DNA of 62,889 nucleotides, filler included, from Polymyxa betae A26-41 (GCA_003693705.1; 7 parts of 7 records of this genome joined end to end with filler, not necessarily neighbours in it); one strand, 5' to 3'; shown: positions 39,092 through 51,265, counted from the first letter of the whole stretch. The notes: generated by a model not told the origin, from the sequence alone. Numbers and translations: made by a program.

Positions 39092-42000
39092 ATTGTTGAA
39101 GGTGAAGGGAAGTGTGACCCCCCGTAATACAGGTCTATATATAGTTGATAGAAGGGGTTGGGAAATGCCTTGGCGGAGACGCGACGACGAAGTCTCGGAC
39201 CAGAAGTGGCCGCCATTGAATATCGATCAAAGTCCGAGCCTAGCTCGACGCAGATTTTCTCGCAGATCCGCGACGGATCTGTCGGATAATTACTTCGGAT
39301 CAATCAGTCAGGTTTCGGACTTGGTGGGATCATAATGTTACCTATTGCCTTTGCTCTATGAAATGCTCAGCACAAAGGTCAAAAGCCCTTTGCAATGTTG
39401 GCTGGCTGACGGATCCCAATGGCCCGATCTCAGAAACCACTGTATTGAAATTATATTCACTTGATACATGCATGAACAGCATCAGATGGGAGAGGTTCCT
39501 TAAGCCAAGGTTTTGTTCATTCAAACTACGTAACCGTTTGGTTCAAAGTGGACAAATTCGGAATATTCCTACGAACAATCCACAATTGGCCGATTTTCCA
39601 ATCATGGAATGTTTCGCCATCCTCCCTACGACGAACTTCTGAACTGAGGATGTCTCAACGCTGCAATTTCGAGAGCAGCTTTCTTTATAAATCGTTGAAT
39701 TTGGTTTTTGTATTTAGAATGGCTTCTTTATGGCTTCTCTGATGTAAATAATGGTTAGACCTAAACCTAGGTTTGTGAATCGGAAAAATGCAGTATCCCA
39801 ATCTCGTGTAGTCTTGAAACAATGCGAGAGCCCCTTGTCTCGTTTTCGCTGTCAGCCTTCTCTATTTGCTGTGCTGACCCGCCCAGGCGGAGACTCGTTC
39901 GAAACCGGTCGGGATCAGTAGCATGATTCGTGATCGACGTTGACGAGTAGCTGGAACGAGATCGACCATCACGGTGATCGCGGATGGAATCGAATGGAAT
40001 GGAGCCGTCTAGTTTGTTTCCTTTGATTAACAGGCGGTTGATGTCATCTTTAACCAACGAAATCGCTGGCGTTCCTGCTTATCCAGAACCATCATCAATG
40101 CCCATGTTGGAATGGCCCTGCGTTTCCGATTCTTCACATCTGATACGAGTCACTCTGCGTTATTTGTACCAAAAATGGTATACGGGGGAAAGCACGCTTA
40201 TGAGAATCGGATCAACAGTTCAACATGAATTCATGTTTCTAGACCAGGGGCTATTCACTGGCTGCAGATGTAGTTCGAATCTGTTACAGCGAAGGGAAAT
40301 ACAATGCGACCGTCGATATGCAGTTACTAAAACGTCCAGCAGCATCCCTCTGTTACAAATCTGGTCGAAAAAGGTAGATGTGTGGATCGTCAAGGAAGTG
40401 GAATTTTCATTCAGTAAGCTACACATGACAATCAGATATGAATAATGTCAAAGGTTTAATAGAACTCAGTACAGGTATTGCAGTTCATCAGATGATCAAG
40501 GATGCATTCCTTTCAGTAGCGATCGTTTGATTGGATCTATTCTATGCACCTGCTGAACAGCACAGTTTTCACACTGAAGCTAACTGTGGACAAATATCGA
40601 TTGTGTATAATGAGCTCATAGATCGTAGTAGAAAAGGAATCAACGCTCGGCCATACTTAATATGAGTATCAGCTACAATCCGAACAGACACTCGTGAAAA
40701 GTCTCCAATTTCAGGATCGTGAAGATGACGATGTCTCAGATCGGAAGTTGGAATTCGAATTGGTCGTACTGGGAGCTCATGGCAGCTGTAACGTAACACT
40801 GATCTTAAACCTGCAATCTGGTTGAAAGCCTGGCTAGCCGATCAATTTCTGTACAAGGAGACGTGTACGCTCCATTGACGAGCGGGAAGCCCCCAAACAT
40901 CGACAGAAACCCTAAACCCTAGATCAGCCTGTTAGATGAGAGAGGGGTTTGGTCACACGTTCCAGCTGAAGTACAATCACGCTACCATGTCCGGGTCGAC
41001 TCCGTGACAGGGATAAATAGGTCCCAACTCCGCGGCGAGGATGTAACAGAGGAGATCAACCGATATGCAGCTCTTTGGCTCGTTCGCAGTCCGAGAGCCA
41101 TGAGAGCAAGCCCATCTCATCTCAAGGCGCCCTATCGCTGAAAATGTGTGAAATACAGATCCCGAGTCGACAAGAGACGCCTTCGTTTCCCCGTGGACCA
41201 AAGCCTACAAAGAATTCAACAGAGAATAGTGAAGATGAATTTCCAATTCATTGAAGAGAATAAAATAACATAGCCGGGAAGGACAGCGACTCTCTGACAA
41301 GCACAGTGCCCCTCCGATGCTTAGGCCCAACCTGCGGACCAACACGTCCATATAATTCCGAATGGCCAAGATGTCGGGTGAAAATTGGACACTGTGAAAT
41401 CCGGGCTTAAGAATGATTGATTGAATCCGATGACAAATGTCGCTTTTGTTCAACTGAGAGCGAACCGCTTGAGCACCTATTTTCCAATGCCCAAAACTAC
41501 AACAGAAACTAAGCAAATACCGTAGCCAATACACCCCGGCCCACTCAATTTCAACGACGCATAGCATAGCAAATTATGGCAAAACTGCTACGAAAAGGCT
41601 GCGAAGAATGGCGGTGGTACATAGCCGCGATTTTTGAGAAAGCTGGGAGACCAGCAGGGGATAACGACAGCCTCTTGAAGGTACAGGTCCCTGTAGGATT
41701 GGGTAAACCGGTGGCTGCCTTCACTGTCAATATCTCTAAGTCCTCTGTAGGGCTGTACTACGATGAAATTACAAGCTGGATTATCTCTGAAATATTTAAG
41801 TAAGAGAACCTGATGCGAACAGATAGCGCATTCCAATCCAATTCAATCCAATCCATCCATCCAATCCAACACGATCTGTTCATCAACTATGGATTGTTGT
41901 TCTTGTAGTCTGTAGACCTCAACCTGTAAGATTCCCTGCCACAAGTTCGTGAAGGAGTGGGAGGGAGGTGCGGAAAATCAAAATTTTCGGAAAAACTTAC

Positions 42001-43067
42001 TGAATGGAACAAGTATATTAAATAAATGAAACAAACGTGTCCGTCTGCTTGACAGTACATCTTTCTTGGAGGGCCATTAGCTCAACGATCGATATCAGGG
42101 ACCATCGGGTCGCTTAATCCCATCCTTGGTCCAGGTTGAGGTATCGGTCTGAACATTGATAGAAAGCGATACTTCAATGCAGCCCTGTGAGGCTGCATCA
42201 ACTTTGTCACGAAAATTTTCGAGCTCTGTCTGCAAGGCTGTATAACCTTGGGATGGTAGAGCTCCAAGGACACCGTTTTAATCCACTGCGCAAAAAGGTC
42301 CGCCATCAGGTAAGTCCAAAAGTGACTTACATATAGCGGATTTTTTCCCCTAAACCCTAAATCGGCATCAAAACTGTTCCCAGCTGTAAAATTTCGACAG
42401 CAGTGCAATTGTGGGAATCCTCTTGACCGCTGACAACTTCTGGGTTGCTCCCATGTCTTCAATATGTTCTTCATTTACAACTTCCCGTTGCATTATCTTC
42501 ATCGTACGCGTGTAGATGGGCTGGTTCGTTATCGTATTCTAAATCATCGACCATGACTTGGCAAATGGCATCCACAGGCAGAGACGCCTCGTTATCATTG
42601 CCACGATGAGCGGCAGCAAGCGATACGGCGGGCTCGCATCCGCTGGTGGTGGAAAACAGAGTCCAAGCCCCAAGGCCATATCGACCAACGAAGACAAAAT
42701 GCGATCGCTCCCCATTTTACAGTCACGCAAGTTCCTCAGCTATAACTTTAAACTTGCAGATATGTATGGTTGTGCGAAAGACTAGCTATGTAATGAAGCA
42801 GTAATAGAACCCTGTTGTTATTTCTCGTTTTTTTCAGCTTGTGTCAATATTTGTAGAATNNNNNNNNNNNNNNNNNNNNNNNNNNNNNNNNNNNNNNNNN
42901 NNNTTAATTAATTAANNNNNNNNNNNNNNNNNNNNNNNNNNNNNNNNNNNNNNNNNNNNGCTGCTCATGACAGATTCAATTCTTAACGATTGAATGAAAG
43001 ATATCATGATGCCATCAAAATGTATTGCAAAAAACGTGCGTCTGAGATCAGGGGGGCAGCACGACGT

Positions 43068-43583
43068 TCACGGAGCCGCTCCATTCCTCAAAACCCGATC
43101 GATCACGGCCAGCATCTCCTTGAGAACGACGTCTTCAGGGAATTCGGCCACGCCCCATTCGTACGTGCTGGCCCATTCGCTTCTCCGGCGTCGTAATTGC
43201 TCGAGATCGTACGACCCGGATTGTACGACGACAAACATGGCGACGAGTCGCGAGCGGCGATCGCTTAGGTGCCGCACGACTGCTTCGGACAGGATCTCTT
43301 TCGACTCATTGATGCGTCCTTCAATTCGCTCCATCGAACTGTTTGTCATAATCTGGTCTTTGAATCTGTCCCTGAAAATTCGGAGCGCTATGTTGTACTC
43401 GGTCCAATTAGTCTCGGTGAAGTTCTCGTCGAGTTGTTTCGCCAGATGGAGAATGTGCTCGCTTAATCGATCAGCGCTCATCTTGTTCAGATCGGTTTCC
43501 TTTGGAAATCGCATCATGAGAGCAACGCCCACAATAGAGGCCGCCACCACCATCAGAACAATTAAGCATTTCCAGGCCTTCAT
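43068..43583 (-). CDS. tandem SEWASTYEW family protein, copy 1
   Basis: N-terminal hydrophobic helix, LSEHILHLAKQLDENFTE, GSYDLEQLRRRRSEWASTYEW; paralogous to four neighbours. Confidence 0.8.
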   Translation of the reverse strand: MKAWKCLIVLMVVAASIVGVALMMRFPKETDLNKMSADRLSEHILHLAKQLDENFTETNWTEYNIALRIFRDRFKDQIMTNSSMERIEGRINESKEILSEAVVRHLSDRRSRLVAMFVVVQSGSYDLEQLRRRRSEWASTYEWGVAEFPEDVVLKEMLAVIDRVLRNGAAP

Positions 43584-45146
43584 CCGGCTGAGATTTGCAG
43601 TTTTCGCGTCCTGAATCCTGCAGCTCTAAAACAACATCTAGGACTGCTGTAGCCTCAAAAGGCCGGAGCAGATTCTGTGCAATTAATCTCTCCGCATCAT
43701 TCCTGACTCTCGCGAACTCGAGAAATTTTTACGAAACATATTCGCAGGGTTTTCCGAACCCGGATCGACGTTGGTGATCCTCAGGTGGTGGTTTCTATCA
43801 ACGAATGGGAGACGTCCCAGCGGGGTTCGTTGGCGATGAAATTCGTTGATATCGAAACAACCGTATTGAACATCGTCTGAATGAAGCCCACGAACCGCTT
43901 AATACAAAAATTCCGCTAACACGAAGGCGGTTTCGGGTTCAGCGAAACGAGAGCGGTCGGAGCCGGAATTTTGTTCGAATCTCTATCTGTAATCTTCCTT
44001 ATGCAGGGCCTTGTTTTTATTTTCAGGCCTGTATCCATATTGTGCTATAGAAAAGATTGACACTTAATATTGGATTGCAGAAGGATCGCCATTACGGCGT
44101 CTCCTGAATCTGTTCGAATGAGCACGGATTTTGTGGCCAAATTCTGGTTGACGTTCTGCAGGTGCAGGACGCCAGTAATTGATGATTTCAATCATTGGTC
44201 GTGTTGCACTGATCGCAGATATGCACGGGCTTTGTGCTACTTGATGTTGACTACTTCCGGGGACTTTATTGTTCGCCTGACGACCGCAACTCCGATACAT
44301 CATTTCGTGGTCGTGTTTCACCTTGGTTTTCAGGATCACAAACGAAGCAGGAGCAATAAATTATGTGGAACGATGTCGGCGACCATCAATACCTTATAGC
44401 CAGATTCTAGACGATACGATCTAAGGATCGCTTTGTTGATACGATCCTGCTACACAGGCATCTATCTTTATATTGCCTCAAATTACTTTGCTTTCTCGCG
44501 TTTACTTTCAAGATTCTCGGAAATTTTTACGTCATCTGGAATCATCCTGTTGAAACAGAGCTGGACCAATTCGGACTCATGTTCATGGCCTTTAATTCAT
44601 AGCGCCCGCATCCTATCGCCTTCAGTTTGATTACTCATGCATGAAGATGCGAAATGTGAGTGTGAGCCTCAGAGCTGGTTCTACTTAACAAGGCCCTTCG
44701 CGATGGAGGAATTAACTCTGTCAATATCCATCATGCTATCGCAATACATGTTCATGTAGTGGTTTTATTGAACTTTCTCGACATTTAAGTTGGTAGGACA
44801 ATAGAATAGACAATCTTGATCTGGTCATCTGGAACTTTTTCCAGTATCTTATGATAGCGGATGCTACTGTGCTTTGCTCGCTATCGTGTGCAATTGCTCT
44901 TCTCGAGAAATACCGACCTTTGCTGTCTTGATTCAAAGCAGAGCATGTTTCGGTAATCACGCTCAGTTCAAATCGTAAATCTAGCCATTCAGCTTCTATG
45001 ACAGATTCTGCTGATGCCATGAGCTCGGCTCGGCTTCAGTGGTTGATAAGGTATTTGAAGATGTTTTGAATTGCTCTCCATACATTACACTGCTCCAGCT
45101 AATCTGATTATCAAACGTCTCTCGGTAAGGGAAAACAAAAAAGGAA

Positions 45147-45217
45147 TGCGCCATCCGGGAATCGAACCCGGACCAACTCGTTGGCAACGAGCTATTGTAC
45201 CATTCAACCAATGGCGC
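45147..45217 (-). tRNA. tRNA-Gly (GCC)
   Basis: GCGCCAT/ATGGCGC acceptor stem, GCTCG-TTGCCAA-CGAGT, CCGGG-TTCGATT-CCCGG, downstream T-run. Confidence 0.95.
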
Positions 45218-45971
45218 ATCTCTTTCCCTCTAAAATATCAAACATCTATGACGTCTTTCACGGAAGGCAAGTCAGATACCGAATGCGTGGATTGGTTTTT
45301 CCCGCCAGAATGTCATGATAACACTTCACAGCACCCATGCAGCCTCGTTGCGCTCGAAATCCTGCAGGCCGGCAAGCGTTTTTCAAGGAAGGAAGGGCTT
45401 TAGGGTTTTGATAAGGAATAGCGCCATTTGGTGGCCAAGACCATTCCGTCTCTAAACGTACGATATGTTTCATCGAGCTAAACAAGCGAAGTTCCGGTGA
45501 GGGCAAAAATCTCGTCAATTATCTCATTATGCCTGTCTGGCCTATACAATGATGTGTTAAATCATCGCTGCCCGAGCTGTCGAAGATCGGGGAGCTCACA
45601 CCGGAAAGAGAAGATCCTCCCAACCCAATGTATTTTGTCTAGTTCGTGAATCTTTGTCAACAGGCGGCGTTATTCCCTAAGCGCAAGGCCGATTTGGTTG
45701 ACTCTGAATTCACGCTCCAACAATCGCCTTTCGGGATCTGGTGCTGTCCAGAGCCGCAAATTGCTCTTAACCAAACGTTACGAATGCTGATCAATATGAC
45801 GCTTCAATTTTTTAAGTCTTTCTATGGCCGACTGATGGTATCGAGCAGCTCGAGCTTTGAATGTTTTCATAGATAGAGCTGCTCATGACAGATTCAATTC
45901 ATAACGATCATTCAATGATAACTAAATATCATGGAAAAAGTGCGTCAGAAATCAGGGCCAGCACGACCTTT

Positions 45972-46514
45972 TCACAGAACCACTCCACCGTTCAAGACCA
46001 GATCGATCACGATCAGCATGTGTTCGATGTTGTCGTCTTCGGGGAATACCTTCCCGCTCCATTCGTACGTGCTGGCCCATTCGCTTCTGTGGCGTCGTAA
46101 TTGCTCGATATCGTACGAGCGCGATACGACGTCCGAATACATGGCAACGAGCCGTGTGTATCGCTCGTTCCCGAACCGATCGATTGCATCGAGAATGATC
46201 CGTACGGACTCGTTGAGACGTTCCCCCTCAATGATCGTCACCGTTGTGTTTTTGAATCTCTCATGGAGAATACGATCTGCATTCCAGAACTCCGTCCAAT
46301 TATTCTCGGTGAAGTTCTCGTCGGCCTGTTTAGCCAGGTGGAGAATGTGCTTGCTTAATCGATCAATGTTCATCTTGTAGGGATCCGTTACCTTGAAAGA
46401 ACCCGTTGTGATACCGACAATAACGCCCACAATGAAGGTCGCCATAATAATCAGGCCGATTGAGAATTTGCAGATCATCGACCAGCAGAGTTTTCCAGTT
46501 TTCGGGTTCTGCAT
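45972..46514 (-). CDS. SEWASTYEW family protein, copy 2
   Basis: Same motifs and TM helix; shared flanking DNA. Confidence 0.8.
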   Translation of the reverse strand: MQNPKTGKLCWSMICKFSIGLIIMATFIVGVIVGITTGSFKVTDPYKMNIDRLSKHILHLAKQADENFTENNWTEFWNADRILHERFKNTTVTIIEGERLNESVRIILDAIDRFGNERYTRLVAMYSDVVSRSYDIEQLRRHRSEWASTYEWSGKVFPEDDNIEHMLIVIDLVLNGGVVL

Positions 46515-47564
46515 TCAGCTGCAATAGATCGACATGTTAAATAATGGCTGAATCACGGCTGAAGCCGACAAGCGTCAGGACAGTTTTTTGAGCAATCGAT
46601 CTCTCGGAATCAATCCTTTCTGGTTCCGATCATTGTCCACGATATCGTGAACAGTGACATGCTGTATATTACAGCATGTTCGCAGCGATTTCCGAACCCC
46701 CTGATTGATGCTGGGACGAATGGGATTGGCTCCTGTATATCATCTCATACTCGATGATATCGAGCGAGTCAAATTACACCATTGGAAGGATTCGATCAGG
46801 TGTCGGCTGCCAGATTCTGGGTCTTGAATCGAACCAAACCAACATAACATGAAGAATACCATCTGAAGGAATTTAAGTTTGGGTCGAGACTCCCATCAGA
46901 AAAGAAATTGAAGTTGCTTTTTTTAGGGTTTTAATTTTTTTTACTGTTTTTTTTCTCTGAATGTTTAGTTTTTAGTTTTTTTTTGAGTTTTTATTGAAAT
47001 TATTTTCTACTCCATCGTCTGAGAATAGTTGAGCTTCATCGGACAAATCATTCAACAATCAATACACTCTTGCTGGAACAGATCTCGTTGTAGACATCTG
47101 ATTGAAGATGGGCTCGTTTGAACTGGAAAACGGAACCTGTGCTGAACTGATCATGTGATGACAATCTGGAGATGGTGAACAGCACTCAACTAGCTCATAA
47201 CACATCGCAGGTTCGTATTTCGGAAATCCTTCCAGATTATGACGGATTTTGCATGGTTCATTTCAGTGGGAGAGATTTCATGACAAATCGACGAGTTCGT
47301 GAAACAGAGATAGAGGAATATTACCGCCATTATCTTCTTGTATAAGTCCCAGATATATTCCAATATATGATCAATCCGGGGTCAGATCAGGATAACAACG
47401 CGTCTGAGAGTCCACTCAGAATCCAGATTTCGAACATCTCTTCGGTCTAATTCTAATATGGGATCCGAATACGCTTATGACAGATACAATCGATAACGAT
47501 TATTGAATGTATGATATCATAATGACAATAAACGTGAGTCGGTGAATTCGGGCCAGCACGACGT

Positions 47565-48054
47565 TCACGGAGCCGCTCCATCATTTTGCAGAGCCCGATC
47601 GATCACGGCCAGTTTGCGCTTGATGCTGCGGTTTTTTCGGAGTTCTTTCACGATCAAGCTCCATTCGTACGTGCTGGCCCATTCGCTTCTCCAACGTCGC
47701 AATTGCTCGATATCGTACGACCCGGACTGTACGTCCGCATACATGACCTGGAGTGACGTGTTTCGATCGTTTACAAACCGCTCGCCTGTATCAGTAGCGA
47801 TGGTTTCGGCCTTGCTGGTGAATCGATCAACTCGCTCCTTCTCACTCACAGGCACCATCTTCTTATAGAATCTCTCATTGTAAATATCGACTCCATTCGA
47901 CCACGCCGTCCGATTCTCCTCGGTGAAGTTCCCGTCGAGCTGTTTAGCCAAGTGCACAAGGTGCTCGCCTAGTTCATCAGAGCTCATCTTGTACGGATCC
48001 TTCTCTATCTTGTTCGAATCCGTTTCAATTCTGTTGGAATCCGTCTCCTCAAAA
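47565..48054 (-). CDS. SEWASTYEW family protein, copy 3 (no N-terminal TM; exon or 5'-truncated)
   Basis: Frame stays open upstream of the listed ORF through three stalk repeats to a T9-GCAG tract. Confidence 0.6.
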
Positions 48055-48381
48055 CTGCAAAAAAAAACATTATAATATAAACCAAATCAAACGGGCATGC
48101 AGCGATCCAACAGGAGCAGAATTCTATAAAGTTCTAAAACAGCTCGAAAGGACGCTAAATACGAAAACAGCTCAACTTGCAGTGCGCGACTTCAACATCT
48201 TCAATTCATCTCTATCCTGTGTGTTTGGACTCTCGATAGTCGCTATAGTTCCAAAAATTCTAATATGGGATCCTAAACATTCATGACAGATTCAAATCGA
48301 TAACGATTGTATCTATGATATAATAAATGTCATCAAATGTACTGCAAAAAACGCGCGTCATGGGTAGGGCCAGCACGACGT

Positions 48382-49152
48382 TCAAGGAGCCGCTCCATCA
48401 TTCAACAACGCCTGATCGATTGCGGCCAGGCGATGGTTGAGGTGGACGTCCTCTTCTGAGAATACCTTCACGCTCCATTCGTACGTGCTGGCCCATTCGC
48501 TTCTCCGGCGTCGTAATTGTTCGATATCGTGCGACCCGGACTGTACATCTAAATATAGGACCTGGAGAGGCGTGTTTCGATCATATACAAACCGCTCGAT
48601 AGCAGTAGTAATGATCCGTTTGGCCTCCTTGATGGGTCGTTCAATACGCTCCCCTTCACTCATTGTCACCCATTCTGTTGAGAATCTCGCATTGAAATTA
48701 TCGGCTGCATCCAGGTACTCCGCCAAACTAGTCTCGGTGAAGTTCTCGTCGACCTTTTTAGCCAGGTGGAGAATGTGCTCGCTTAATCCATTAACGCTCA
48801 TCATGTTGGGATCAGTTTCCATATTCTTCGATTCCATTTCTATCTTGTTCGAATCCGTTTCAATCTTGTTCGATTCCATTTCCATCTTGTTCAAACCCGT
48901 TTCCTTTTCGTTCAAATCCGTTTCCATCTTGTTCGAATCCGTTTCCTTTTCGTTCGAGTACGTTTTTATCTTGTTCGAATCCGTTGCCATCGTCTTGGTA
49001 TCGGTTTCCTTGAATGATCCCGATAATGTAAAGAGAATAACGCCCACAATAAAGGTCGCCACCACAATCACGCCAATCAAGCATTTCCAGACCTTCGACC
49101 GACTGAGTGTTCCAGTTTCGGGGTCCTGAATCCAGCTTCTGTAGAACGACAT
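48382..49152 (-). CDS. SEWASTYEW family protein, copy 4 (longest, ten 7-aa stalk repeats)
   Basis: 256-aa ORF: short N-tail, TM, ten ETDSNKM-like repeats, conserved domain. Confidence 0.85.
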   Translation of the reverse strand: MSFYRSWIQDPETGTLSRSKVWKCLIGVIVVATFIVGVILFTLSGSFKETDTKTMATDSNKIKTYSNEKETDSNKMETDLNEKETGLNKMEMESNKIETDSNKIEMESKNMETDPNMMSVNGLSEHILHLAKKVDENFTETSLAEYLDAADNFNARFSTEWVTMSEGERIERPIKEAKRIITTAIERFVYDRNTPLQVLYLDVQSGSHDIEQLRRRRSEWASTYEWSVKVFSEEDVHLNHRLAAIDQALLNDGAAP

Positions 49153-49199
49153 CTTTAATGATGGCTGACTCAGGGCGGAAGCCGCAAAAGATCAGGTGT

Positions 49200-49316
49200 G
49201 AGCAGTGTCTGCGCAATATGCCGCAAAAGGTCAGAGCAGTGTCTGCGCAATATGCCGCAAAAGGTCAGAGCAGTGTCTGCGCAATATGCCGCAAAAGGTC
49301 AGAGCAGTGTCTGCGC
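49200..49316. repeat. 34-bp tandem repeat, ~3.4 copies, upstream of copy 4
   Basis: Exact unit GAGCAGTGTCTGCGCAATATGCCGCAAAAGGTCA. Confidence 0.95.
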
Positions 49317-49835
49317 TATAATCTCTCAGAATCAATCCGGACCCGATTCAAACAGTTCTCGGTTGACAGATTCTGGGTCTTTGAATCGATTTAATCCTTA
49401 ATAACATGAGGAACACAATCTGACGACATTCAAGGTTGGATCGAGACTCCCATCAGAAAATGAATTGAACTGATGATTGGATCGTCTCGGAATAGTTGAC
49501 CATTATCGGGTCAATCTCTAATAAACAAACCCGTGGTTACTGTTAGGGTTTGTGCAGACTCGCATCCGAACTACAAACTACTGCAGGCGCCTGATTTGGT
49601 CCTGCGGATCGTTTTGTTGTTACAGTAGTCATACTGACCGATCAAGATGACGCTCTTTAACGCTTTCTTTGACCTCGATTTGGTATCGAACAACTCTCGA
49701 AAGATGAACAATTTCTTAGATCGAGCTGCTCATGACAGATTCAATTGATAACGATTATTCAATGTATGAGATGATATATTAACGCCATCAAATGTCATGC
49801 AAAAATCTGCGTCGAAAATAGGGCCAGCACGACGT

Positions 49836-50277
49836 TCACGGAACAGCTCCATCATTGTCAAGGGCCTGATCGATCACGGCCAGCATGTGGTTGATCTTGA
49901 TTTTGACGTCTCCGGAGAATTCCTTCAAGATCCATTCTTATGTGCTGGCCCATTCGCTTCTGCGGCGTCGTAATTGCTCGATATCGTACTCCCCGGACAG
50001 TACGTCCAAATACATGACCACGAGTGCCTTGGCTCGCTCCTTTGTAGACCGCTCGACGGCTTTAATAACGATGATTACGGCCTGATAGAAGCGTCGTCCA
50101 ATTCGCTCCCTCCCAATCATTGTCGCTCTTTGGCTGTAAAATTTTTTGCTGAAAATATGGCATGCTTTGTTGTACTCCGCCAAATTATTCTCGGTGAAAT
50201 TCTTGTCGAACTGTTTAGCCAGGTGGAGAATGTGCTCGCTTAATAGATCAGCGCTCATTTTGTTGGGATCCGTTTCC
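49836..50277 (-). pseudogene. SEWASTYEW family copy 5, with premature stop and copia insertion
   Basis: TAC>TAA in ST(Y)EW; 5' part replaced by an LTR from 50278. Confidence 0.85.
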
Positions 50278-51090
50278 TGTTAGAAGAGATCGACCGTGAC
50301 ACGACGCGCGATCATCATGAGTCAAGTCAAGTTCTGTTTACTTACGAATAATGGTCAGTGAATAAAAATTACGAAAACTATCCTCAACCGACTAACTCAA
50401 TTAGATTAAGAGTCCCAACTCGCCTCTGAGCTATCATGACTAACGGATCGCAGCAGTCCTCGGAACCTGTTGCCAGTGGCACCGCTGATGCCGCTAGCAC
50501 CATGAACATGTCCATTGGTTTCAAGCTCACCGGAAAGGAGATTTTCACAACGTGGACGTTTGCAATGAACACCATGTTGTCCGCTTATGGACTTTCCGAT
50601 TACATTGACGCGGGTAAAGCGTCTCTCGCTACGGATCCCCTCAAGAAAGCCAGAACGATGCTCGCGATTACCAGGAACATCGATCTGAGCCAGCTGACGC
50701 TTATCAAAGCATTTGCGAATGATCCGGCGGGAGCATGGGCGGCCCTGTCGGCCGAATACGCTGGAAAGACGAGTCAGGACATGCAACGCTCCTCATCGAT
50801 TTGTTCGGCATGCGCCTGCACAGTAACGCGTCGGTTGAGGATGCGAAGAAGCACTTTGAGGCGATGGTGGATTTGAACCTGCGTCTGAAAGAGATCGAAG
50901 AAGAGCGTGCTCTGAAGGACGTCAGGATGGGCGTCATCATGTGCATGTCCCTCCCAAACGACATGGAACAAGTTCGGTACCGTCGGCTATCGGGACCTTC
51001 CAAGGAATTGACCCCATCCAACGTTCGCGATGATGTTATCTCGTTGCTTCGACGGATGGCGGTCATCACTGATTCTACTGACTCGAACGC
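50278..51090 (+). mobile_element. Ty1/copia 5' end (LTR 50278-50403, PBS 50403-50417, frameshifted gag); same family as Copia-2
   Basis: Gag shares SIGFKL, ATDP.KKA, LTLIKAFANDPAGAW and MCMSLPNDMEQ with 8727-7942. Confidence 0.9.
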
Positions 51091-51265
51091 NNNNNNNNNN
51101 NNNNNNNNNNNNNNNNNNNNNNNNNNNNNNNNNNTTAATTAATTAANNNNNNNNNNNNNNNNNNNNNNNNNNNNNNNNNNNNNNNNNNNNACAGGGTTGT
51201 ACCTCTCTCCCGAATGTTCGCTTGTCTTTGCAGCGAAACTCCACGCAGCTATATATAGAGGCAAG

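Noticed and set aside
40930-41220. Possible solo LTR starting TGTTAGATGAGAGAGGGG
   Set aside because: Resembles the 51280 terminus but no matching end or exact TSD was found.
39340-42860. Short ORFs in 39.3-42.9 kb (also 53.6-54.8 kb)
   Set aside because: No recognisable motifs and frequent stops; possibly decayed genes but unsupportable.
42994-49129. Long plus-strand ORFs overlapping the tandem family
   Set aside because: Codon-aligned antisense shadows; the TM helix and conserved stop are on minus.
49200-49316. 34-bp repeats as a CRISPR array
   Set aside because: Head-to-tail with no spacers, no cas genes, eukaryotic context.
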